A stretch of DNA of 64,000 nt from a virus: the IMG/VR virus record IMGVR_UViG_3300031841_004520, positions 59,593 to 123,592 of that record; one strand, 5' to 3'. A program made the translations under genes and the position numbers. This document shows positions 38,172-47,085 of this stretch, in pieces; the first letter of the stretch is position 1; every line of letters starts with the position of its first letter. The notes under the pieces are model-generated. The model saw only the letters and a program-made list of their open reading frames with translations. It had not been told where the DNA came from and searched no databases.

Positions 38172-38529
38172 CGTCTTGATCTCCACACACTGTTGGGCTT
38201 AAATAAGGAAACATAGTATCGGCTACTTCAACAGCTCTTTTGCACCCACTTTTTTCTGCTAAATCTCTGGTCTGCTTCCAAGAAACAACCAGATCGAAAA
38301 ACAGATTTTCAGTCTTAGCATTTTTTACAACAGATGGCACTTTGACAACTACTGTTGATGAGCCTGTTTTACTTTTAATCTTATCTACCAAATCCATAAT
38401 AAATTTTTGTACAGGGCTTAGCTGATCCTTAAATAGCACCCATATAATTATACCAGCACCAGCATATAAAGCCAAATCCATTGTGCTTAATTTAGAACTA
38501 AATTCATTAAAACTGTCTGTAAAATTCAT
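38161..38529 (-). CDS. Hypothetical single-pass membrane protein
   Basis: LALYAGAGIIIWVLF. Confidence 0.6.
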   Translation of the reverse strand: MNFTDSFNEFSSKLSTMDLALYAGAGIIIWVLFKDQLSPVQKFIMDLVDKIKSKTGSSTVVVKVPSVVKNAKTENLFFDLVVSWKQTRDLAEKSGCKRAVEVADTMFPYLSPTVCGDQDDAE

Positions 38530-38530
38530 A

Positions 38531-38923
38531 TCACCCCTCTACTTTTTTCTTTATAAATATTCCGGTTTCCCTAAACGTGGTAACTAACGCATCAATGGTT
38601 GATCCAACCAATATCATTAAAAATGCTTTTACAGATTGATGGAATAAAGGTTCTAAAAAATTAGGAATCATAGGTATGTCTACTGATTTAAAAACCTTAT
38701 CATAAAAATTAGATATAGCATCTAACGCTACTTTCTTCTTTTCTGGACCACTTAGATCTGTGCCAATTTTTTCAATTATCTGGATAATACTAGCTGTGGC
38801 TAGTTGTAAAATTTTCCAAGCCTCACCAACAGCAATCCTTTTGGCGTCATTTAAGGCTTCTTTTATATTCTTTGTTAGCTCATCTACTTCACCATAAATT
38901 AATTCTTTTTTTTCTTCGCTCAT
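38531..38923 (-). CDS. Hypothetical protein
   Basis: SGPEKK...DIPMIPNFLEP motif. Confidence 0.6.
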   Translation of the reverse strand: MSEEKKELIYGEVDELTKNIKEALNDAKRIAVGEAWKILQLATASIIQIIEKIGTDLSGPEKKKVALDAISNFYDKVFKSVDIPMIPNFLEPLFHQSVKAFLMILVGSTIDALVTTFRETGIFIKKKVEG

Positions 38924-38933
38924 TATTATTACC

Positions 38934-39395
38934 TTAATGTAGTGTTATATAGGGCTGTATATCTTTATATGTGGAACCACCAATACCATTTATATCTATC
39001 AACTGTTCAACGTAATCAAATCCGTCATTTTGTTCTCTGTATTGCAGAATTTTTTCAGCAATAGACGGGCCTATGTGTGGAAGTTGTATTAATTCGCCTA
39101 AGTTTGCTGTATTTATATTAATTTGATTATATTCTTTGTCAACCCCTACATACTCTTCTAGTTCTCTACGGTGTTGTTCTGAAGCCTTTTGTTTATTCCT
39201 ACCCTGTATATATCTGTAGAATATAGCAGTCTGTCCACCAATCAGTATGACGGACTCTACAGCATGAGTGACAACTGTAATCAGTGTATCTTTTGTATCA
39301 CTTTCTGTAATGATACCAGCTAAGAACAGACCACTAAATATGAAGCTTACTAAAGTAAACCAAAATTCACTGGTCTGATATCCTTTAGTTTTCAT
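38934..39395 (-). CDS. Holin-like membrane domain fused to a ComEA-type HhH DNA-binding domain
   Basis: KGYQTSEFW plus 2 hydrophobic segments; ININTA..ELIQLPHIGPSIAEKI..YRE...F...QLIDINGIG. Confidence 0.8.
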   Translation of the reverse strand: MKTKGYQTSEFWFTLVSFIFSGLFLAGIITESDTKDTLITVVTHAVESVILIGGQTAIFYRYIQGRNKQKASEQHRRELEEYVGVDKEYNQININTANLGELIQLPHIGPSIAEKILQYREQNDGFDYVEQLIDINGIGGSTYKDIQPYITLH

Positions 39396-39404
39396 TTATT
39401 TACC

Positions 39405-39614
39405 TTATGAGGCTGTGTCCCCAGAATAGTAACGAGTATCATCAAATCTATTGGTATATTTTGTTTCTACATCAGTAGCAACAGGCTGAGTGAGAGGATA
39501 GTCGTTACGAGTTCTTTTTGCTTTTACATTAGCAAAAGTATCTGATCTACTAGGTTGAGTAACGATAGAACCTTGACGAGCTGTATTGTCTCGTAATACG
39601 TCGGAAGTTGCCAT
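39405..39614 (-). CDS. Small hypothetical protein (possible virion protein)
   Basis: 69 aa with GAGG Shine-Dalgarno. Confidence 0.6.
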   Translation of the reverse strand: MATSDVLRDNTARQGSIVTQPSRSDTFANVKAKRTRNDYPLTQPVATDVETKYTNRFDDTRYYSGDTAS

Positions 39615-39656
39615 GATAATGCCTCACTGGTTAATAATTTAAAAGCTAGTATAATA

Positions 39657-39662
39657 TACACC
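39657..39662 (-). promoter_or_regulatory. GGTGTA intergenic motif (putative phage-specific promoter element)
   Basis: GGTGTATATTATAC right after a stop; similar motifs at 20380, 41257, 44004, 50410. Confidence 0.4.
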
Positions 39663-39663
39663 A

Positions 39664-40275
39664 TTATGCCTGCATGAAATCCCATCTAGCCATATCTATT
39701 GCATAATATTCTTGAATTTGATCAATTTGAGATTTAGTTAATACTGGTTTTTCTGCTGTTTTTGATGGGTTGATTCTTTTTAACGGAAAGTCTAAGTCCA
39801 ATAATTCTGCTGCTTTTTCTAGCTGATCATGCATTCTAAAATAATGTAGATCTTTAGCATGAAATCTCTCCTGAATTAAAAAGTGTATATTTTTATATAT
39901 CGGTGTGCAAAAACGGTGATACATTATTCTTTTGTTGGTGTGTTTTGCTATTTTAAGTACCTTGTCTGTTTCGTTGATTAGGTCTTCTATAATTTCTTCC
40001 ACTGTAACTATTTGTAGTAATTCTAAAAAAGCTACGGATGATTTAAATTTTTCTACGGGATCACGAAATATTTGTATCACCGGCCTGTCAGGATGGAACC
40101 TTTTGGGTACTTTGTTATGGTACGCTAGTTGATCTGTAGCTAGTCTTTGGGGATTAATCTTCTTTAGAAATTCTGGGTAATATCTTTTGAGTATCGCATA
40201 AGCAAAGCTATTGCTGGCACACTTAGGATTAAAAGCAAGCAGCCAGTTTTCGTTACATATAAAGTATTTACTCAT
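39664..40275 (-). CDS. Sulfotransferase (Sulfotransfer_2-like)
   Basis: NPKCASNS (5'-PSB), RDPVEKFKS (3'-PB), HFLIQ, YYAID. Confidence 0.8.
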   Translation of the reverse strand: MSKYFICNENWLLAFNPKCASNSFAYAILKRYYPEFLKKINPQRLATDQLAYHNKVPKRFHPDRPVIQIFRDPVEKFKSSVAFLELLQIVTVEEIIEDLINETDKVLKIAKHTNKRIMYHRFCTPIYKNIHFLIQERFHAKDLHYFRMHDQLEKAAELLDLDFPLKRINPSKTAEKPVLTKSQIDQIQEYYAIDMARWDFMQA

Positions 40276-40289
40276 TTATGTTTTGAGAT

Positions 40290-40607
40290 TTAATTCTCTA
40301 GTGCTTCAATAGCTTTAGCCAGTGTAGCTATCTGTATTTTAAGATCATTCATGACCTCTGTATTCTTTTCCAATGCCCTAAACAAGATATTACTATCTTC
40401 TTTATGCGTATTTAATCTTTCCATAATAAACTGCCTATCTTTAGAATACTGACTTGCTTCTGACTGTGCTGCCAACATTGCTTCTACATCCTTGCGATTC
40501 ACTAAACCTTTAATAAAAGTTGTCCAGAATCCTACCAATGCTATAATAATACTAAGCATAGACATTGTTAGGTTTTCAAAGAAATGACCCACAGTTGGTT
40601 CTGCCAT
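40290..40607 (-). CDS. Membrane-anchored coiled-coil protein
   Basis: One hydrophobic helix, then a coiled coil; GGAG Shine-Dalgarno before ATG 40607. Confidence 0.6.
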   Translation of the reverse strand: MAEPTVGHFFENLTMSMLSIIIALVGFWTTFIKGLVNRKDVEAMLAAQSEASQYSKDRQFIMERLNTHKEDSNILFRALEKNTEVMNDLKIQIATLAKAIEALEN

Positions 40608-40627
40608 TTTTATCTCCAAGTAAATAT

Positions 40628-40670
40628 AAAAAAAATAGACCAATAGTTTTTACACCACAGGTCTACTTTT
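40628..40670 (-). terminator. Rho-independent terminator
   Basis: GUAGACCUGUGGU-GUAAAA-ACUAUUGGUCUAU stem-loop followed by a U-tract, just downstream of 40689..41213. Confidence 0.75.
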
Positions 40671-40688
40671 AAAGTCAAAATATTAAGA

Positions 40689-41213
40689 TTAAGTAGTCTT
40701 AGCTTCGTAATCTACGCTTGATGGATTCTTAGCACCAGTTCTGAATGTAAGCTCACCAGCACCACCAACACCACCATTAACAGCTTGGTCAATAGGTGTA
40801 TCTCCAACAGTTGTAGCATTGTATGCTGTAGTTACTCCACTAGGAACTGTGCTAAAGTTACTTGTTTGACCGGATATGCCAAACATATTAAAATCACCAG
40901 CACGAATACGGGTTGTGGTGTCAGCTACCTTTTGACTAACTAGTTTATGAACAGATACTGTAGAAGGTCTAACTGGTGTTTCGTAAAGCTCACCAATACT
41001 TGCTACGGTATTAAGTATAGCTCCACCTAAACCAATTTGTCTTACATCAGCAGATGCTACAGATACTGTCGATCCGTGTACAGTTACTGTGTCATCAGAT
41101 GATTTTAAGGTTTTAGTTATAGGACTATCACTAGATGTAGTTCCGGTATTAATAGCAGAACCACCATCATTCACCGTTGTGGTGATTGAGCTATGTGCTT
41201 TTCTTGTACTCAT
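40689..41213 (-). CDS. Ser/Thr/Gly-rich hypothetical protein, probable virion protein
   Basis: Composition, own GGAG Shine-Dalgarno and own terminator. Confidence 0.6.
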   Translation of the reverse strand: MSTRKAHSSITTTVNDGGSAINTGTTSSDSPITKTLKSSDDTVTVHGSTVSVASADVRQIGLGGAILNTVASIGELYETPVRPSTVSVHKLVSQKVADTTTRIRAGDFNMFGISGQTSNFSTVPSGVTTAYNATTVGDTPIDQAVNGGVGGAGELTFRTGAKNPSSVDYEAKTT

Positions 41214-41286
41214 TATTAATCTCCATGGTTAAATAGGCATATATGCAATAGTGCTATACCCCAAAATGGCTGATATTGGCTTAATT

Positions 41287-41817
41287 TTATGAAGAGTATC
41301 TATACTGGGCATTAGAACCAAAATACCCATCATAAGGATTGGGTGTTGTAAACCAAGCTGCTTCTTGTCCAGAAGGAAGCGTGGCCGCATGAAGTATACA
41401 TTCTGTTTGGTTCTTAATGAATGGTAAAGCCACATATACCGAGTCAGGATCTAGTGCTGCAGCACCATTGGGTGAGGTGCAACTATCATCTGGGCAGGCG
41501 GCTTCGTACTCATCATATGTGTCCCATATTGCTGGGCCATACCAAACGGCAGTATATTCAGATTCAGGATCGCTAGGATCTCTACCACTGACAATCCATC
41601 CTGGACCTTGATAATCTAAATAATCATCACCAGTAAGCGAGCCACCAATCTCTCCTACAGCTCTCCACTTTTTTTTTCTACACTCTCCACAAACACCGCA
41701 ATGCTTAGGTTTGCATGTATCTGTACCACTAATATTAATCCCCAAATTAAACAACGGAGTGTCATAAGAAGGGGGTGACACAGGATCTGGTTTTCTAGAA
41801 AAATTTAAATTAGCCAT
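41287..41817 (-). CDS. Cys/Pro-rich hypothetical protein
   Basis: CKPKHCGVCGEC; start moved to MANLNF. Confidence 0.55.
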   Translation of the reverse strand: MANLNFSRKPDPVSPPSYDTPLFNLGINISGTDTCKPKHCGVCGECRKKKWRAVGEIGGSLTGDDYLDYQGPGWIVSGRDPSDPESEYTAVWYGPAIWDTYDEYEAACPDDSCTSPNGAAALDPDSVYVALPFIKNQTECILHAATLPSGQEAAWFTTPNPYDGYFGSNAQYRYSS

Positions 41818-41843
41818 ATTTGTTAAAACCTTTTGTAAATTTA

Positions 41844-43487
41844 TTAGGAGGATTCGCCTAGACAGAAAGTAATTGTTTTTGTACACCCATTCAAATCATT
41901 TAACAAAGCGTCTTGTTGGTCAGGTGTTAAATCTACGATACCTTTAGCTTTTTTAGCCTTCTCTTTAGCGGCATCATCTAGCACAATTTTTACGGTAGCA
42001 TTTAGAGTAACAGGATAAGAATATGTTTTGCCTTCACTCGTATCTCCTCTAGCAGCGCAGCATGCCTTATCTGCTGGATAAGTGGTGTTTACATGGCTAC
42101 CTGGACCTGTATCGAAGCTAGTCATACCTGCTGCATTTGTTGTAGTAAACATCTGCGGACCAAACACGCCAGACGCTAATGGATATCTTTGAGGTATTAC
42201 TTGTGTACCGCAAGGTACTCTATGTGTAGTATTTACAGTTTCTCGTATAGAACTTCTTATTACCTGTCCTAGTCCTTGCTCAATAGCGTTTTTATTTTGA
42301 GTTGCATTTTCTGCTATCTCCTCATCAAGTGCTGCTTTCTCAGCTACAATTGCAGCTCTGTCTTTTGTCAAGTCTTCTTTATATCTCATAGCATAGCGCA
42401 GGTTATCTCTTTGTACCGCAACTTGTTTTTCGTATTCTGCTATTGCCTCTGTGAAAGCCTGATCTGCTATATTTCTAAATGCGGTACTTGCCTTTCTCAC
42501 CTTGGGACGTTTCATTGTTGGCAGGTTTTGTTCGACTTTGAAAAGATCTCTACAAAAAGCTTCTACGTTTGGAAATTGTTTTTTTATGTGGTCTGACATC
42601 TTTTTTTCGCCAAGACTAATGGTGTTGTATTCTTCTACGCTAAAACAGTGAAAAGTTTGTGTTGGTATGTCTGTTACACCACTACACTCTGGGAATGGTG
42701 GAGGATTAAAAACAGTAGGTCCTCCGCTAGAAAAAGGACCAGGTAAAGTAATGTTTAGTATATTAGCTAACGTTGAAGCACTTGTTGCCTGCTCATAAAA
42801 TAACGTTGCAAACCTATCACTTGCGCTCTGACTAACAGATGAGCCCCAGCCAGTAACAGTAATTTCTCTATTATTACCAGAACCTGCTTCAGTATACGAC
42901 AAATTGCCACTGTATTTTATATTGTACTGAAGTATAGCAACTAGAGTGGATGCTCTGAACCCATCATATATTTGATCTAGTTGGTATTGATAACTTCCTG
43001 AAGGATCGTTCCAAGTGTTATATTGTTTTCTGGCATCTGTCACCATCTTTAGTTTACTCTCAAAACAGCTTCCAATCTGATTTATACGAGTTTGCATTGC
43101 GACTAGAAGATTATCAACATAATCTAGTTGCGTGTCTAGATCACAACAACGTTTTTTATATTTTATGTTGGTATCACAGTTTGATTCAGGTATCGTAACA
43201 CAGCTTAAAAAGTTTACTCCAGCATTACTACAATTGCTAGTATCTTCGCAGCCTTCTTGTCTAAAATTTAAATGCAACGTATCGATCTGTTTGTCGGTTT
43301 CTTTTACAAGTGCTGCTGCCGCATTCTTAGCATCTAGCAACTTTGTGCATTCAGGCGTTGAAAAATAATGGTCTGGGCAACCTGCACTTTCATATGCTTG
43401 TCTAGCACTATTTAATGCGCCTATTTGTATTGTTCGTGTTTCAACTTTTGATAAAATACTATTAACTATAGTGTTGCAATCTGGCAT
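41844..43487 (-). CDS. Large Cys-rich coiled-coil hypothetical protein
   Basis: 547 aa with dispersed Cys and helical segments. Confidence 0.6.
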   Translation of the reverse strand: MPDCNTIVNSILSKVETRTIQIGALNSARQAYESAGCPDHYFSTPECTKLLDAKNAAAALVKETDKQIDTLHLNFRQEGCEDTSNCSNAGVNFLSCVTIPESNCDTNIKYKKRCCDLDTQLDYVDNLLVAMQTRINQIGSCFESKLKMVTDARKQYNTWNDPSGSYQYQLDQIYDGFRASTLVAILQYNIKYSGNLSYTEAGSGNNREITVTGWGSSVSQSASDRFATLFYEQATSASTLANILNITLPGPFSSGGPTVFNPPPFPECSGVTDIPTQTFHCFSVEEYNTISLGEKKMSDHIKKQFPNVEAFCRDLFKVEQNLPTMKRPKVRKASTAFRNIADQAFTEAIAEYEKQVAVQRDNLRYAMRYKEDLTKDRAAIVAEKAALDEEIAENATQNKNAIEQGLGQVIRSSIRETVNTTHRVPCGTQVIPQRYPLASGVFGPQMFTTTNAAGMTSFDTGPGSHVNTTYPADKACCAARGDTSEGKTYSYPVTLNATVKIVLDDAAKEKAKKAKGIVDLTPDQQDALLNDLNGCTKTITFCLGESS

Positions 43488-43510
43488 TGTTATTAACCTT
43501 TATTTTGACA

Positions 43511-43960
43511 TTAAAAATATGTAATAAACCCAGCAAAATTTCGACTTCTGATATATTGTATTTTTGACTCTTCACCAAAAAAAGTATATCCAGGATAATT
43601 ATTATCCTGTACAGGGAATGACATGGTTTTTGTTTGATTTTGTCCTTTTACCACGGCATCTCTAACTATACTGCCACCATAACTGATAGTTGTACCAGCA
43701 GATTTGTCAGCAGCTCTTGAATTTCTGCCTTCAGTAACACTAAGGTTTCCTCCAGTAAAATCAAATCCGCTAGGTGATGCAGTAAAGTTGGACACCACTA
43801 CTTCTGGATTACCGCCATCACTAAAAATACCACTACCTGTATTGATGACAGGTTCGCTTACTACAGCTTTATTTACATCAGTATTTGCAGAATGTGCTGT
43901 AGTTAACGCAGTAAACTGCTGCAACGTATAATTGTTAAATCCTAAAGAAAATGTTGCCAT
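43511..43960 (-). CDS. Hypothetical beta-rich protein, possible virion protein
   Basis: 149 aa, S/T/G/N-rich. Confidence 0.55.
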   Translation of the reverse strand: MATFSLGFNNYTLQQFTALTTAHSANTDVNKAVVSEPVINTGSGIFSDGGNPEVVVSNFTASPSGFDFTGGNLSVTEGRNSRAADKSAGTTISYGGSIVRDAVVKGQNQTKTMSFPVQDNNYPGYTFFGEESKIQYIRSRNFAGFITYF

Positions 43961-43977
43961 CTTAAAACCCTTAAGTA

Positions 43978-44013
43978 TAATTGTGTAAGCTTACGTCTTT
44001 CTATACACAATTA
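43978..44013. repeat. 10-bp perfect inverted repeat with 16-nt spacer
   Basis: TAATTGTGTA (43978-43987) and TACACAATTA (44004-44013). Confidence 0.7.
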
Positions 44014-44657
44014 CTACTCAAAGCTTCTAAAGTGAGAATATTGTTCGTTTTATAGCCATATATATCTGTTTTTTGAATAAGATTGAGCTGCTTCTCATTC
44101 CAAGCATTACCATTTACAATAACATTAATATAAGGCACTTTCTTTGCGATCATCATAGATGCTATCAAATTATCTACTATATTATCTAACATATAATTAT
44201 TGGAAGGATAAATAGTATCAATCTGATGTGCTGCAACCATTGTGGTAATTTTGTAGAGCATATATTCTGTATATGTTCTATAATCTATAACATATCTAAG
44301 TTCAGCATTATGTCTATCACAAAGAGCTTTTTGTTCGTTAATGTCCTTCCTAAATTTATCGTACTTTTTATTACACAAGGCGTGATTAGGTGCTACAAGT
44401 TCTATCATTTTAGCCCCGGCCTTTAAAGCGTTTTCTGTCTCTACTCTTCTTGATTCTATAGAAGACAGACCAAAAGGATAGTCTATAACAGTAGAAAGAA
44501 TAGTCTCAGAGTCTTTTAGAAGATTCTTAATAGCCCTAAGGTAAGACGGCAATACAGACACCACATCAACAGACAGCTTAACTGCCTTGGCAACATTTTG
44601 TTTTACTTCTATATCGTTGGACGCTACATCGTAGTATCCATACTCTAAAATATTCAT
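44001..44657 (-). CDS. deoC: DeoC (deoxyribose-phosphate aldolase)-like TIM barrel, apparently lacking catalytic lysines
   Basis: TVIDYPFG, E..NALKAGAKMIELV match DeoC; LRYVID and TIYPSNN replace LKVIIE and FIKTSTG. Confidence 0.7.
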   Translation of the reverse strand: MNILEYGYYDVASNDIEVKQNVAKAVKLSVDVVSVLPSYLRAIKNLLKDSETILSTVIDYPFGLSSIESRRVETENALKAGAKMIELVAPNHALCNKKYDKFRKDINEQKALCDRHNAELRYVIDYRTYTEYMLYKITTMVAAHQIDTIYPSNNYMLDNIVDNLIASMMIAKKVPYINVIVNGNAWNEKQLNLIQKTDIYGYKTNNILTLEALSSNCV

Positions 44658-45328
44658 GACGCTATATCTTTAATTGATTTAATATCAGGATGTTTTCTAT
44701 CTCCTAATACACCATCAGCGAACCCATAGCTAACAGCTTCTTCTGCATTAATATACCAATCTCCTTGTTTTAGTTTTGTGTTTAAAAAGTTTTTAACTTT
44801 AGTTGTTGTTAATTTATCACCATACTTATCTTTGAAGAATTGTCCATTTGCACATTGACCAGCATATACATCTAACATAACGCTACATATATGCTTTTCA
44901 TAAGCTACCCAATTTTGCACGCTAAGGTATTCACCACCGGCATCGGTTGATCCATAATGACTCATAAAATAAGCGTTAGGCATCATTATTCTAGTGTCAG
45001 CAGCCTGTAGAATAATACTACTCATGCTTTCTGCTTGACCATAAACCAAAACGCTTACATAAGACTTACAATTAATAATAGCGTCATATATAGCCATACC
45101 ATCTGACCACTCTCCTCCAACACTTTGCATGTGTATTAAAATATGATTGTGGTTGGTATAGTCCAAAGCTCTTATGTTTTTAATAAAAGTATTGGCCATT
45201 CTATATTCTACGCCAGGATTCCCATCATCTGCTACAAAATGATTATGCAAAAATATCTCTCTTGTTTTCATACTAGAAGAATAATTGTGTAGATCAAAAA
45301 GTAGATCATTTTGCTCGTTATTATTCAT
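44654..45328 (-). CDS. clpP: ClpP-family serine protease
   Basis: SVGG..DGMAIYD, GQAESMSSIILQA (Ser), MSHYG (His), DWYINAEEAVSYGFAD. Confidence 0.9.
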   Translation of the reverse strand: MNNNEQNDLLFDLHNYSSSMKTREIFLHNHFVADDGNPGVEYRMANTFIKNIRALDYTNHNHILIHMQSVGGEWSDGMAIYDAIINCKSYVSVLVYGQAESMSSIILQAADTRIMMPNAYFMSHYGSTDAGGEYLSVQNWVAYEKHICSVMLDVYAGQCANGQFFKDKYGDKLTTTKVKNFLNTKLKQGDWYINAEEAVSYGFADGVLGDRKHPDIKSIKDIAS

Positions 45329-45725
45329 GTAGATATATTCCTACTAGTTTATTGACGGTATTCATCACATTTCTATCTATAAAGTTTTTACCTATAGCTA
45401 TTCTGAAACGATATCTAGTAAATATATCTAAAATTTCAATACCATCAGTCTGTTCTATGATATTAGAAATTTGATTAGTAATATTAAAGTTGGTGTGGCC
45501 TACCCAAAAATTAAATACTTTACTAGGTGCGCTATATTCATTATAAGGAATTATTCCCATAGGCGAAGATATTGCATACATTAAATGTTTTTGCACTTCT
45601 GCATCTTGAGATTCTTCGTCTTCATCTAAATGATTTTCCTCATTTGCATTTTCTGGCCATGCTGGTTCTTCGTAATTTGGTAGATATGGATCTGTCCATT
45701 TTTCCCATATGATTTTATTCTTCAT
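45321..45725 (-). CDS. Hypothetical protein
   Basis: WEKWTDP...FNFWVGHTNFNIT...GIEIL...TRYRFRIAIGK. Confidence 0.65.
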   Translation of the reverse strand: MKNKIIWEKWTDPYLPNYEEPAWPENANEENHLDEDEESQDAEVQKHLMYAISSPMGIIPYNEYSAPSKVFNFWVGHTNFNITNQISNIIEQTDGIEILDIFTRYRFRIAIGKNFIDRNVMNTVNKLVGIYLHE

Positions 45726-46068
45726 TTTTATTAATACTATAGCTAAAATCAGAAGGTCTGACCATAGGTATTTCTTTAGATGTTTGTAATTTGGTTATTG
45801 CTTTTAAGTTAAATAGTGTTTGTTTTATAAATTTTTCAGAACTTTTATCTTCCTGCATAGCATTAGACAATATATCTAAAACAGAATCAGTATAGCTACC
45901 ATTATTTATATTATATAAAAGTGTAGCTAGTATTACACTAATAGAGTCTTCATCACTAACCCAGTCTATAGTAACGTCAACCTCATTAAAAGGATCTACC
46001 TTAAAAGTGACGCTTACTACAGATTGGTCTTCTAGTTCTAGATTTCTTTTTTTAAAAAAATTAAACAT
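45715..46068 (-). CDS. Hypothetical protein
   Basis: 117 aa coupled ORF. Confidence 0.55.
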   Translation of the reverse strand: MFNFFKKRNLELEDQSVVSVTFKVDPFNEVDVTIDWVSDEDSISVILATLLYNINNGSYTDSVLDILSNAMQEDKSSEKFIKQTLFNLKAITKLQTSKEIPMVRPSDFSYSINKNEE

Positions 46069-46644
46069 TTATACTAGATTTTTAATGTTTCTTAACGCTT
46101 TGTGTATATTTTGCCTAACGGCCTCTCTAGTTATATTAAAGCGTTGTCCTACTTTTTCAAGTGTATAGCCCTCAAAGTAATACAACTTGATGAACTCTCT
46201 TTGGTTGTCTGTCACTAAATTAGAGTTTAATATATTATATATATCATTATGAAGAATATCTTCCGATTCTTTTTCTATAGCGATAGCACAAGGATCTTTT
46301 TCCTTAGAGGGTATAGTGTCCTTAATATTAGAAGAATCTTCGTCTTTAGCAAAGTCTAATGAGGATTTCTTAGGTGCTTTATATTTTTTGGTAGCATAGG
46401 TCTGAATTGCCCAAATAGCACATTGGTTTCTATACGAATACCTAGTCTTTTTTTGACCGGTTTTACCAGTTCTGTTTGCATCCCACTTCCAATCTCCTTG
46501 CATAATTGCACTAGCAACATCAGAGATAGCATCTTCACTCTTCAGCATTTCTTTAGCTAAGGAACCTCCGAACTTATTGATTGTTTTCTTAGCCAAGTTT
46601 AGATATATCTTCAAATCATCAAATTCAACATTTTCCATTATCAA
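46069..46644 (-). CDS. Sigma-70 family RNA polymerase sigma factor
   Basis: Region 2-like WDANR...YSYRNQCAIWAI; region 4 QREFIKLYYFEGYTLEKVGQRFNITREAVRQ. Confidence 0.85.
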   Translation of the reverse strand: MIMENVEFDDLKIYLNLAKKTINKFGGSLAKEMLKSEDAISDVASAIMQGDWKWDANRTGKTGQKKTRYSYRNQCAIWAIQTYATKKYKAPKKSSLDFAKDEDSSNIKDTIPSKEKDPCAIAIEKESEDILHNDIYNILNSNLVTDNQREFIKLYYFEGYTLEKVGQRFNITREAVRQNIHKALRNIKNLV

Positions 46645-46665
46645 AATCCTTTGGTTCTAAATTAA

Positions 46666-47085
46666 TTATTTACTTTTCTTCTGAGCCCTTTTCAAAGCTT
46701 CTGGCGATGGTCTGTCCTTATCTCCAGGTTTAGCTGGTCTATAATTTTTACCTTCACGAAGCTTTTTCTTTCTAATGTTCTCCCACAAACTTGCAGGAGT
46801 CATACCTTCTTTATCGTCATCAGAAGGACTAAACTTTACAAAATCATGAATAGTTGTCATGTAGTCTTCTGTTATAGCAATTTTACCCTGTAACCAACTC
46901 TCTGTCAAGTTGTTTTTAATTTTTTCGTCTTCAAGTGACATAAGTATTGATTGGGCATTTCTCATGATAGAATTTAACGAACCCACACTCATTTCTAAAA
47001 AGTCTTTTTTGTATTCATTTATATTATCTTCTGCCTTACTTTTTAATTCTTTCTCAACTCCAGATAAAATGTTTTTATAACTCAT
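46666..47085 (-). CDS. Modular small phage protein (probable internal head protein)
   Basis: ESWLQGKIAITEDYM and SLWENIRKK...PAKPGDKDRP modules recalled from T4-like marine phage proteins. Confidence 0.6.
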   Translation of the reverse strand: MSYKNILSGVEKELKSKAEDNINEYKKDFLEMSVGSLNSIMRNAQSILMSLEDEKIKNNLTESWLQGKIAITEDYMTTIHDFVKFSPSDDDKEGMTPASLWENIRKKKLREGKNYRPAKPGDKDRPSPEALKRAQKKSK

